DNA of 64,000 nt, from positions 51,583 through 115,582 of the forward strand of contig JBGVRX010000029.1 in NCBI GenBank assembly GCA_045128835.1, read 5' to 3'. Position 1 is the first letter of the stretch. Each line of letters starts with the position of its first letter. This stretch comes from Bacilli bacterium. Lineage in GTDB: Bacteria > Bacillota_I > Bacilli_A > RFN20 > DUOF01. The notes under the pieces are model-generated. The model was not told where the DNA came from. It searched no databases and was given only the letters and a program-made list of their open reading frames with translations. This document shows, piece by piece, positions 27,855 to 37,149 of the stretch. A program made the translations under genes and the position numbers.

Positions 27855-29341
27855 TATTTAGCACCTCCTCTTACTGTTTCAACAACAGCTTTTAAGTTAC
27901 CTATAAATGCACTTGTAGTATATGTAGCGCTTGTTTCTACATCAATTCCTACATTAGCATCTGTTGTATTTTCACAAACTTTATTTTCACATTTGAAGTT
28001 ATCTAAATCACTAAATTTAATTTGTTTATTGTCTCCAATAACAGCACCATAAATTGAACTACTTTCTAAACTTGAATAATACTCTCCTGGATTTTTCTCT
28101 AATAGTTCTACTGCAACAATTGTTTCAGTTGATGCATTTACTGTAACTTTAAACTTTAATGTCCCTTTAAATCCATCACTACTAACTGTGTACTCACTAT
28201 CACTTAATTTTTCAACAGTATAATCTTTTAACCAAGGATTTTTTTCTTCTTTTTCTAATGGATATAAAGCACTATATCCAATATTCATACCTATTGCTCC
28301 AACAAAGAATGCTGCTACAACAGCCCATTTAGAAGCGACTTTATTAACAGTTGTTCCTTTTATACAACTATCAATTAAAGGATTTAACATATTCATTAAA
28401 GCAACTGAGAACATAACTCCTTCTGGGTAATCAGAGTTTATTCTAATAAACATTGTTAAAGCAGCTGCACCTATACCAAAAATTATTTTACCATTCATTG
28501 ATTTTGGACTAGTCACAGGATCTGTAATCATGAATACTGAAGCAAACATGATTCCTCCTGTTGCTAGTTGAAGTAATGTATAAGATAATACGTTATCTAC
28601 TCCATAGAACAATCCTAAAGCAAAGCTAATACCTGTAATTGTTAATAAATAACTTAACATTAATCTATAACTAATAATTCCTCTGATAATTAAATAAATT
28701 GCTGCAACAACTAATAGAATTGTAAATGTTTCTCCCATTGCTCCATTATAATTACCAAATAAAATTGTTTTAAAATCATAACCTTCTGGAATAGCCCCTT
28801 CCGCCCAGTTAATGCTACTAGTAACTGTTGAACTAGTAACAAAATCATAAGTAGCAGAATTAGTTTCATTTGCTACAATTCCATAATTTAAACTTGATCC
28901 AAATGCTAATCCAACAAAAATTCTACCGATTATTGCTGGGTTAAATATATTATAACCAAATCCACCAAATAAATATTTTCCTAATAATGTTGCTACTATT
29001 GAACCAATAATAACAGCATAATAACTAACACCTACTGGTAAACATAAAGCAAATATAATCGCCGTAACATAACTATAACTAGTTGAAACGGCATTACCTA
29101 TCTCTTTTATTTTTCTTTTTCCTTTAAGCAAGGCTATAATAACATCAACTGCTAATGTTGTACCTAAAGATATTAAAACAACAAGTATTGCTCTTAATCC
29201 AACTAAAAAGTTAAATCTAATCGAATAAGAAACAACTGAAACCAACCACACAACAGCAAGTACCGCAAACAATTCTAACATTATCCCTGTTGTGCTTCTT
29301 TTACTCCTTAAAAAAGGTCCTTTTGCTAACGAAAATTTCAT
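27854..29341 (-). CDS. rnfD: Rnf electron transport complex subunit D, with a fused C-terminal FMN-binding-like extension.
   Basis: N-terminus MKFSLAKGPFLRSKRSTTGIMLEL typical of the RnfD/NqrB family. About 150 extra C-terminal residues contain the flavinylation-like motif ETSATYTTS. Confidence 0.8.
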   Translation of the reverse strand: MKFSLAKGPFLRSKRSTTGIMLELFAVLAVVWLVSVVSYSIRFNFLVGLRAILVVLISLGTTLAVDVIIALLKGKRKIKEIGNAVSTSYSYVTAIIFALCLPVGVSYYAVIIGSIVATLLGKYLFGGFGYNIFNPAIIGRIFVGLAFGSSLNYGIVANETNSATYDFVTSSTVTSSINWAEGAIPEGYDFKTILFGNYNGAMGETFTILLVVAAIYLIIRGIISYRLMLSYLLTITGISFALGLFYGVDNVLSYTLLQLATGGIMFASVFMITDPVTSPKSMNGKIIFGIGAAALTMFIRINSDYPEGVMFSVALMNMLNPLIDSCIKGTTVNKVASKWAVVAAFFVGAIGMNIGYSALYPLEKEEKNPWLKDYTVEKLSDSEYTVSSDGFKGTLKFKVTVNASTETIVAVELLEKNPGEYYSSLESSSIYGAVIGDNKQIKFSDLDNFKCENKVCENTTDANVGIDVETSATYTTSAFIGNLKAVVETVRGGAK

Positions 29342-29344
29342 TTA

Positions 29345-30649
29345 CTACTTCCCTCCTTTATTAGCACTTACTCTTAAATATAGTTTTGCTTTTTTTATCG
29401 CATCCGTTAATTCAATATGTGATGGACAAACAAATGAACACATACCACATTCTACACATTTACTACAATCAAACGCTTGAAGTTCTTTTGCATCTTTATC
29501 ATCAAAAGCATTCTTAATTTGAATTGGTTGTAACCCTGCTGGACAATTTTCAATACATTTGCCACATTTTAAGCAAGGCAATGTTTGATAAACTTTTTTC
29601 TTCATTATAGTTAAACCACCATTGTTTGTTTGAATTGCAAATTCATCTGTTATATTAGCTTTTGAAGTCATTGGTCCTCCTGCTAAAACACAAACTTCTT
29701 CAGCCAAGTATCCGCACTTTTCTAAAATATTTTTAGCTAAAGTTCCAACTGGAACAACCACATTTGTAGGATTAACAGCATCACCACTAATAGTTAACAA
29801 TCTTTCGCTAATTACATCACCATCTATTAGTGCTTTAGCAACACTTATAACAGTTTGAGCATTATTTACAACAACGCCAATTTCACTAGGAAGTTTATCA
29901 TAAGTCTTTTTGTATACAGTTTTAACTAATAGTTTTTCCCATCCCATTGGGTATCTATCTTTAACTTCTACAATTCTAACTCCTTGATAGTTTGATAACT
30001 CCTTTTCAATAATTTCCTTTAAATCCTTCTTATTGTTTTTAAAAGCAATAATAGCTTCACTTGCTCCACTAAGTTTCATTAAAATAGAAATTCCTTCTAA
30101 TAAATAGTTAACATTACTTTTCATTGTAATATAGTCAGTAGTTAAATAAGGTTCACATTCTACTCCATTTACTAACAAACTGTTAATTTGCGCATCTGAA
30201 GAATACTTAACATATGTTGGGAACCCAGCACCACCTAAGCCTACGATTCCGGCTTCTTTAATAGCATTTAAAATTGTTTCTCTATCACAGTTTTTATAAT
30301 CAATTGTTTTTAATAGTTCTTTAGTGTATTTAAAGTCATTCTCAATTACTAAGTGATCACAACTTTTTCCTAATGCACTATTGTACATGCTTTTAATACC
30401 TTTCACTTTCCCACTCACACTTGAATAAAGAGGAACATAGAAATCATTTCTTTTACAAAGCACAGTTCCTACCTTAACTGTATCTTTTTCTTTTACTAAA
30501 ATTTCCATTTCCTTTCCGTTAGGTGCTAATACAGGAAAATAAACTTCACCACAAATTTCTTTTTCTTGTTTGAAGTCTACAACTTCCTTATGAGCGGTTA
30601 ATTCTTTGTGTCCATTAATGTGTCTTTTACCAATTGAACTAATAATCAT
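29345..30649 (-). CDS. rnfC: Rnf electron transport complex subunit C.
   Basis: GGAGFPTYVK NADH-binding motif. Two 4Fe-4S motifs, CLKCGKCIENCP and CSKCVECGMCSFVCP. Confidence 0.85.
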   Translation of the reverse strand: MIISSIGKRHINGHKELTAHKEVVDFKQEKEICGEVYFPVLAPNGKEMEILVKEKDTVKVGTVLCKRNDFYVPLYSSVSGKVKGIKSMYNSALGKSCDHLVIENDFKYTKELLKTIDYKNCDRETILNAIKEAGIVGLGGAGFPTYVKYSSDAQINSLLVNGVECEPYLTTDYITMKSNVNYLLEGISILMKLSGASEAIIAFKNNKKDLKEIIEKELSNYQGVRIVEVKDRYPMGWEKLLVKTVYKKTYDKLPSEIGVVVNNAQTVISVAKALIDGDVISERLLTISGDAVNPTNVVVPVGTLAKNILEKCGYLAEEVCVLAGGPMTSKANITDEFAIQTNNGGLTIMKKKVYQTLPCLKCGKCIENCPAGLQPIQIKNAFDDKDAKELQAFDCSKCVECGMCSFVCPSHIELTDAIKKAKLYLRVSANKGGK

Positions 30650-31614
30650 TTCTTTCCTTCCTCCTTCTTGTAAACACTGTCAAATACTTTCATTTTATCA
30701 CCTTCAACATAACCATCATATATAAATGATTTAGTAAACTCTTCTAAATTTATCGAATTACCTTTATATCTTTCATTTACTAAATTAATCCATTCATTTG
30801 CTTCTAACTTTGCTTCATCTAATAGTTCATCAAAATTCTTATCAAATTCAACTTCTGTCGCAGGATCTTTCCATTTATTCTTCTTTATATTTAAATAATC
30901 TACAGTTTTATCATCCTTAACAGTTAAAGGATGCATCATTGTGTTAAATGGTGTCTTTTTAAACAAAGCATTTACAATACCTTTCTTAACACCCTTTTTA
31001 CTATACAATAGTTTTTCTATCAAAAGCATATCATCATAAGAATCTTCAAAACTATCATCATCTATGAAAGTTTCATTTAGTATTTCTTTAGCCATTTTCT
31101 CATACATTTCACTTACTTCTTCAATTTTATCTTCATCGCATTTTATAGACTCTATTGACGTTGTTTTGTATTGGCTATATCTGCCATTCATTAGCAAAAC
31201 ATCTAAATGAGTTTCAAACAATGTATGATTAGCAAAATATTTCTTTTTTTGTTTTGGATCATCACTAAATCCTGTCTTATAAAAAACATAAGGATGTATC
31301 TTTCTATCCAAAACATAATGAAGACCTGCTCCTAAAATATAAGCATATAAAATATCCTTTTCTTCTTTTTCATCTGAGTATTTGAAGAAATATTCAAAAA
31401 CTTTACCTGGATCCATCTTATGAAGTTTATTGCCAAACTTACGTATTTCTTTAGAATTTTTAGAACCAGTAATAAAAGGTACTATACCACAAAAGAAAAA
31501 TGGGTCTGGTCCTTGCGCTCCAAGCAAATAAATATCCTCGTTACCTTTTAAAAATTGTATATTATTATTTAAAACTTCTTTGTTGAAACCATAATGAGTT
31601 AATACAGATGGCAT
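30646..31614 (-). CDS. Hypothetical protein, possibly zinc-dependent phospholipase-C-like. Co-transcribed upstream of rnfC.
   Basis: MPSVLTHYGF...LGAQGPDPFFF near the N-terminus. The 3' end overlaps the rnfC start (ATGA). The start is trimmed because the longer ORF would overlap the divergent gene. Confidence 0.3.
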   Translation of the reverse strand: MPSVLTHYGFNKEVLNNNIQFLKGNEDIYLLGAQGPDPFFFCGIVPFITGSKNSKEIRKFGNKLHKMDPGKVFEYFFKYSDEKEEKDILYAYILGAGLHYVLDRKIHPYVFYKTGFSDDPKQKKKYFANHTLFETHLDVLLMNGRYSQYKTTSIESIKCDEDKIEEVSEMYEKMAKEILNETFIDDDSFEDSYDDMLLIEKLLYSKKGVKKGIVNALFKKTPFNTMMHPLTVKDDKTVDYLNIKKNKWKDPATEVEFDKNFDELLDEAKLEANEWINLVNERYKGNSINLEEFTKSFIYDGYVEGDKMKVFDSVYKKEEGKK

Positions 31615-31744
31615 TGCTATACTACCTCCCTTAGTTATCATTATAACTAAATAAAAGTAACTTGTGAAATTTTTGCAATCTTTTTTGATTATTTTATTCT
31701 TCTTATCTATATAGATAATATTAAAAGAAAGGAGATTTACTTTT

Positions 31745-33763
31745 ATGTTCAAAAAACTAATTTATTTTTTCGTTATTTTAACACTATACTTACTTATCGG
31801 AGGAACTAAAATAAGTGCAAAGGAGACATGTTATTTTTTTGTTAATAATGAATTTCATAGTTCAATGGATTTACCTTTTTACTACCACGAATTAACAAGA
31901 GAAACATCATTTGATACAGCAATGCCAACTTACATTTATACAAAAAAAACAATATACATAGACTCACTAACCAAATGTGAATCAATAAAAAAAACTATAA
32001 TCAATTCTAAACTAGCAAATAGCACATTAGAACTTGCCCACTACACTACAAATAACAAAGTTACAAATGAAGAAGAATTCTTTTGGTCCGCTGTTTTTAA
32101 AAAAGATAACTCAATTATAACAGGACATGGAAAACGTTTTGATACAGAGCCCCCTAAACTATATGGAATGCAAACACAATACACATCAAACATAGATTAT
32201 CCTATAAACTTAGTTAATCTTCTACAGTCTTTTTCTGCATATGATGATTTTGATGGAAACATCTCTAGTAATATTATAATTGAATATGATGAATACTCTA
32301 ATAATACTAAAAAAGTCGGAGATTATTTAATAATTGTAAGCGTTGAAGATGCTTCAAAAAACAAGATAAGTTCTTCATTTTATATAAAGGTCGTTGACAC
32401 TACGCCACCGATTATTGAAGGACAAAACAATTACATTTCATATCTCTCAAATCCTTTAAATATCGAATTAATAAGAGAAAAATTAAGCGCTTTTGATAAT
32501 TCAAATTTCGATTTAACATCTCAAATATTTTTATGTGATGATACTTATTCTCCAAATAAAAATATTGTTGGAACTCATAATTTATATTTCTGTGTTTATG
32601 ATTATTCTAATAACATCTCTGATAGTTTTCTTGTTAAAGTAGAAGTTAAAGATGACATTCCTCCTGTTATTGAAGGATTGGATTATTTTACATCTTACTT
32701 ATCTTCTCCTTTATCAATTGAAGATATACTTTACTCTGTTGCGGCCTCTGACAACAATATTGATATATCTGCTAGCATCTTTATAACAAAAGACTTATAT
32801 TCTAATTTTCAAAATACAATCGGAGAAAAATATCTTTACTTACAAGCCATGGATGACTATTTAAATGTTAGCAAAGAATTTAGAGTTACTATAAATTTAA
32901 TTGATGACATCTCCCCGCAAATATTCGGCCTTAATATTTATGATTCTTATCTGTCTTCTCCTCTATCAATATCGCACATAAAACAACAATTAACTGTACT
33001 TGATAACATTGATGGAAACATAACAAACACCTTAGAAATAATCGAAGATTCTTACACTAATAACATAAACAAAAAAGGTACTTTCTTTATAACATTTATA
33101 TCAAAAGATTCTTCAAATAATACATCTGAAAATTTCAAAGTAACTATAAACAATATCGACAATGTAAAGCCTTACTTTACAGGTCCTGAATTATTAACTT
33201 TTCAGATAGATAAAAAGCCTACTTTAGATTTTATTCTAAATCAATATACAGCGTTTGATAATAGCGATTCTAACATTGATTTTGAAATATTAAGCGACAC
33301 TTATTCTAACTCTATAAAAACCGGAGATTTCTTTATCAGTCTTTCGTGTACAGATTCTTCTTTAAACAAAAGCATACCTTTTTCTATTAAAATTACAGTA
33401 GTAGAAAAAATAGAAGAAATTAAAAATATCAGTTTATATTTGTCAACTTCTAAGTTATTAAAAGATGATGAAATAGCTATCCTAATAAACGTTTCAGAAG
33501 AATATACTATAATAGAAAATACATACTCAGATAACTATTCAGTAGAGGGCAATTACACAATAAAATACAAGTTTCAAAACGGAGATATATTAGATGTATC
33601 TATAACAACCTTTACTTTAAGTACCATTAATGTTGAAGAAGAAGAAGAAGAAAAAAAAGAAACGTTTATAACAAAAGCTAAACGTTTCTTTAATAAAATA
33701 ATTAATTTTTTCAAAAATTTATTTAATTGTATTATTTTAAAAGACTATCGATTTTTTCTTTAA
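31745..33763 (+). CDS. Secreted surface protein with five tandem Ig-like repeats of about 83 aa (DUF5011-like) and a poly-Glu/Lys segment.
   Basis: Signal peptide MFKKLIYFFVILTLYLLIGGTKISA. Repeats are built on SYLSSPLSIE...DN.DGNI...G.Y......D.S.N.S..F.V.V.D..PP.I.G. EEEEEEKKE near the C-terminus. Confidence 0.6.
   Translation: MFKKLIYFFVILTLYLLIGGTKISAKETCYFFVNNEFHSSMDLPFYYHELTRETSFDTAMPTYIYTKKTIYIDSLTKCESIKKTIINSKLANSTLELAHYTTNNKVTNEEEFFWSAVFKKDNSIITGHGKRFDTEPPKLYGMQTQYTSNIDYPINLVNLLQSFSAYDDFDGNISSNIIIEYDEYSNNTKKVGDYLIIVSVEDASKNKISSSFYIKVVDTTPPIIEGQNNYISYLSNPLNIELIREKLSAFDNSNFDLTSQIFLCDDTYSPNKNIVGTHNLYFCVYDYSNNISDSFLVKVEVKDDIPPVIEGLDYFTSYLSSPLSIEDILYSVAASDNNIDISASIFITKDLYSNFQNTIGEKYLYLQAMDDYLNVSKEFRVTINLIDDISPQIFGLNIYDSYLSSPLSISHIKQQLTVLDNIDGNITNTLEIIEDSYTNNINKKGTFFITFISKDSSNNTSENFKVTINNIDNVKPYFTGPELLTFQIDKKPTLDFILNQYTAFDNSDSNIDFEILSDTYSNSIKTGDFFISLSCTDSSLNKSIPFSIKITVVEKIEEIKNISLYLSTSKLLKDDEIAILINVSEEYTIIENTYSDNYSVEGNYTIKYKFQNGDILDVSITTFTLSTINVEEEEEEKKETFITKAKRFFNKIINFFKNLFNCIILKDYRFFL
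32190..33430 (+). repeat. Intragenic tandem repeat array. Five diverged units of about 250 nt encoding Ig-like domains.
   Basis: Protein-level periodicity of about 83 aa with conserved PP.IEG / FDN.D.NI / SYLSSPLSI landmarks. Confidence 0.5.
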
Positions 33764-34052
33764 TAGAATCCTTGCTTTGGAATCCAACATTAACTTCACT
33801 AACCTTACCGTCTTTAAAATATATCAATGTAGGAATAGAACGAACGTTATATCTGTACGCTAATGATTCAACCTCATCAACATCAACTTTACAAACTTTA
33901 ACTTTCCCATCATATTCTTCGGCTATTTCTTCTACAAAAGGCGCTAACATTTTGCAAGGTCCACACCAATTTGCATAAAAATCTATCAAGCAAACCCCGC
34001 TTTCTACAGTAGTATCAAAATGGCTTTCACTTTCAATTAAAATTTCTTTCAT
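33732..34052 (-). CDS. trxA: Thioredoxin.
   Basis: WCGPCK active site. About 106 aa from MKEILIE. The longer ORF-track N-terminus is probably not translated. Confidence 0.85.
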   Translation of the reverse strand: MKEILIESESHFDTTVESGVCLIDFYANWCGPCKMLAPFVEEIAEEYDGKVKVCKVDVDEVESLAYRYNVRSIPTLIYFKDGKVSEVNVGFQSKDSIKEKIDSLLK

Positions 34053-34086
34053 AATTTCTCTCCTTACAAATATATTATAACCTAAA

Positions 34087-34872
34087 TTACAATAAAATGG
34101 CACCTAAAAAAGCAAGTAAATTATTTAATGTATGCGCAATATAACTAGAACCTAAATTTTCCGATTTATCATACACATAACACAATATTAATCCTGAAGT
34201 TAAATAACCTGGAAGATAAAGAAATTCCATTAATAGTTCCTTACTAAAACCATATTCAGTAAAAGAAGAAATAGAATGCATAAACATGAAAATAAGAGAT
34301 GCCACAACATATGCAACCCATTTTTTCTTGCTTTTTACAAGTCCTCCAAACAAAAAATATCTATAAACAATTTCTTCTACGATTGGTGATAAAACCACAA
34401 CAAGCGCAAACCCCAATAATGGATTATTTAAAATAAGATTAACAACACTATCTTGGTTTGAGTTTCCTGAAGAATCTAATCCAATAAAAGAATGTAAAAC
34501 ATTAAATATTAATTGAAACATTATAATAGCAAAAAAGCCGGCTACACCATACAATACACTTTTTGAATTAATCGCTTTCTTACAAATTTCTTTAAATTTA
34601 GAAAACTTCATAATAATTATAGATGTCACTAGAGTAACAACAGATCCTAAACACGTTGCTAAAATAGAAAATTTGCTAACATAATAATCTTCAGCAAGAA
34701 GAGATAACTCTTCTTGACCCATACCTGTATTTTGTCCTGCAACTATTGTTGAAGCAACAATACTAAAAAATACCGCTATTATTACATTGTAAATGTATGA
34801 CCCTATTATTCCATTAATAGTGCCTTTAAAAGCAATTTGTGAATTTTCTACAAATTCAACTTTTTCATTCAT
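34087..34872 (-). CDS. CPBP family intramembrane metalloprotease (CAAX protease/Abi-like).
   Basis: EExxxR motif SPIVEEIVYRYFLFGGL. FxxxH motif FMFMHS. A second His in IAHTLNN. Polytopic. Confidence 0.65.
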   Translation of the reverse strand: MNEKVEFVENSQIAFKGTINGIIGSYIYNVIIAVFFSIVASTIVAGQNTGMGQEELSLLAEDYYVSKFSILATCLGSVVTLVTSIIIMKFSKFKEICKKAINSKSVLYGVAGFFAIIMFQLIFNVLHSFIGLDSSGNSNQDSVVNLILNNPLLGFALVVVLSPIVEEIVYRYFLFGGLVKSKKKWVAYVVASLIFMFMHSISSFTEYGFSKELLMEFLYLPGYLTSGLILCYVYDKSENLGSSYIAHTLNNLLAFLGAILL

Positions 34873-34882
34873 ACAATTCCTC

Positions 34883-35629
34883 CTATACTAAAGCAAGTGA
34901 TACACTCATTAACACAAATGATACTATATTATACAACATATGAACTAAAATTGCTCTTCCAATATCGTTATTTTTGTAGTAATAACTACCTAGCATCCAT
35001 CCAATAATTAGAAATTTTGGAAGCGCTAAAATATCACCCATCACATCTGTACTGCTAAACAAAGAAAACATATGAGGAATAGTAAATAATACGGATGTTA
35101 TCACTAATAACCATGTGCTAGAAATATGTTCTTTTAAACTTTTAAAAGGAATAAACCTAAATAAAAGCTCTTCAACAAAAGGCCCTAAAATCACAACTAA
35201 GATAAACATTATCCAATATTGTTGCTTCATCGACTCTTTAATTAAAGCTACGTTACTTCCATCTTCGCCAGTTCCACCCGCTAAAGGCAAAAATAAATTG
35301 TAGCAAATCGTAACAAAATACACCAAAAGTGCATATCCAATAGTTTTAAAAATAAGTTTATAATCCTTTAAAAACGAAAAATGTCCTTTTAAACTTCTAA
35401 AATAAATTACTACTAAAACAATTAAAATAATAAAAGAACTGATCAATTGCGCTATATTTGATAATCCTCTTTCTAAAAATGCTTCATCTGAAAGATATGC
35501 AGGAAAAAGAGAACTATTGTTATCATAAATAGTTCTCAATATCAAATATATTAAACCAGTTCCAAAAATATAATATAAAACAAAACTAATAACAAAAATA
35601 AACAAATCTTTTATTGATTCTTTTTTCAA
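34883..35629 (-). CDS. CPBP family intramembrane metalloprotease. Second paralog.
   Basis: GPFVEELLFRFIPF, FTIPHM and HMLYN motifs. Polytopic. Confidence 0.6.
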   Translation of the reverse strand: MKKESIKDLFIFVISFVLYYIFGTGLIYLILRTIYDNNSSLFPAYLSDEAFLERGLSNIAQLISSFIILIVLVVIYFRSLKGHFSFLKDYKLIFKTIGYALLVYFVTICYNLFLPLAGGTGEDGSNVALIKESMKQQYWIMFILVVILGPFVEELLFRFIPFKSLKEHISSTWLLVITSVLFTIPHMFSLFSSTDVMGDILALPKFLIIGWMLGSYYYKNNDIGRAILVHMLYNIVSFVLMSVSLALV

Positions 35630-35673
35630 TTTTCACACCCCATTTTCTATTGAAAACAAGGCTACTATAAATA

Positions 35674-37113
35674 CTATTTATATTTTAACAAATTATTGTA
35701 AACTTTCAAGTATTCAGAAGCGGATTTGCTCCAACTATTATTCTTCTTCATACATTGTTCAACAATATTCATCCACTCATCTTTTTTATTAAAATAAATG
35801 TTTGATGCATAATATAACATTTTTCTCATATCTTCCCCACTATAATGAGTGAAAGAGAATCCTGTTCCTGTCTTTGTATACTCATTGTAAGCTTCAACAC
35901 TATCCTTTAATCCACCAACTTCTCTAACTAAAGGAACAGTACCGTATCTTTGAGAAATCATTTGTGATAATCCACAAGGTTCATATAATGAAGGCATTAA
36001 GAACATATCACAACCAGCATAAACTTTATGCGCTAATTCGTTTGAGAATCCAACATAAATTCCTACATTGTTAGGATATTTTTCTCTATAATACTCTAAA
36101 CTCTTTTCTAACTCAGAATCTCCAGAACCTAATACAACAAGTTGCATATTATTGCTTACGATCCAAGGAATACTGTTTGTAATTAAATTAATTCCTTTTT
36201 GATTTGCTAATCTTGATACAACACCTAAAAGCATTTTACTTGGCGCAACATCAATTGAAAACAATTTTTGAATATCTTCCTTATTTTTACTTTTCTTATC
36301 ATATGAAGAGAATGTATAACTTTCTTGGATTAAATCATCTTTACTTGGGTTATTTTCTACATAATCAATGCCATTTAAAATGCCAAAGAAATCATCTTTA
36401 CGATATTTTAAAACAGACTCCAATCCATATGCATAATCACCTTTTAATAATTCTTTTGCATTAGTAGGGCTTACTGTAGATAAATAATCACTGTACATAA
36501 TACCAGTCTTTAAAGTCGAAACGCAGTCACCAAATCTAGCTACACCATTATCATACAAATAATAAGGCAAGTTAAACAAGTTACCTAATGCTTCTCTTTG
36601 ACAGAATCCTTGGAATGCTGGATTATGTATAGTAAGCATTGTTTTGATATTTTCATATCCTGGTTTGTTTTTATAAGTCTCCTTATATAAAACAGGAATC
36701 ATTGCAGTTTGCCAGTCATGAACATGGATAATATCTGGATGATATCCTATTAATTTTAATAATTCTAAACTTGCAAAATCAAAGAATGCATATCTTTCAA
36801 TTTCATCAAATCCCCCATAAATATTATCTCTATAGAAATAATAATCATTTTCTACGAAATAGTATTTAACTCCGTTCATTTCTAATGTATAGAATTCTGC
36901 TTTTTGTTTTCTCCATGACATATTAAATTCAACTTTTCCAACTTTTTTCATGTCATCAAAGTATTTATCTTTTACTTTTTTAAATAAAGGTATGACAACT
37001 ATTTGATCATCTAATTTTTCTTTTAAATAAACTGGTAATGCTCCTATAACATCACCTAATCCACCAGTTTTAATAAATGGTGCACATTCTGTTGAAACAA
37101 ACATTAATTTCAT
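35674..37113 (-). CDS. glgA: Glycogen synthase (ADP-glucose type).
   Basis: MKLMFVSTECAPFIKTGGLGDVIGALP, the N-terminal signature of GlgA. About 479 aa. Confidence 0.85.
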   Translation of the reverse strand: MKLMFVSTECAPFIKTGGLGDVIGALPVYLKEKLDDQIVVIPLFKKVKDKYFDDMKKVGKVEFNMSWRKQKAEFYTLEMNGVKYYFVENDYYFYRDNIYGGFDEIERYAFFDFASLELLKLIGYHPDIIHVHDWQTAMIPVLYKETYKNKPGYENIKTMLTIHNPAFQGFCQREALGNLFNLPYYLYDNGVARFGDCVSTLKTGIMYSDYLSTVSPTNAKELLKGDYAYGLESVLKYRKDDFFGILNGIDYVENNPSKDDLIQESYTFSSYDKKSKNKEDIQKLFSIDVAPSKMLLGVVSRLANQKGINLITNSIPWIVSNNMQLVVLGSGDSELEKSLEYYREKYPNNVGIYVGFSNELAHKVYAGCDMFLMPSLYEPCGLSQMISQRYGTVPLVREVGGLKDSVEAYNEYTKTGTGFSFTHYSGEDMRKMLYYASNIYFNKKDEWMNIVEQCMKKNNSWSKSASEYLKVYNNLLKYK

Positions 37114-37149
37114 TTTACTACTTTTCCTCTCTTTCAATACTTTTTTATA

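Noticed and set aside
31615-31752. The N-terminal 46 residues of the ORF-track call for the 368-aa gene, which would overlap the divergent Ig-repeat gene start.
   Set aside because: Divergent genes overlapping at their 5' ends is implausible. The internal MPSVLTHYGF start leaves a 130-bp divergent promoter region instead.
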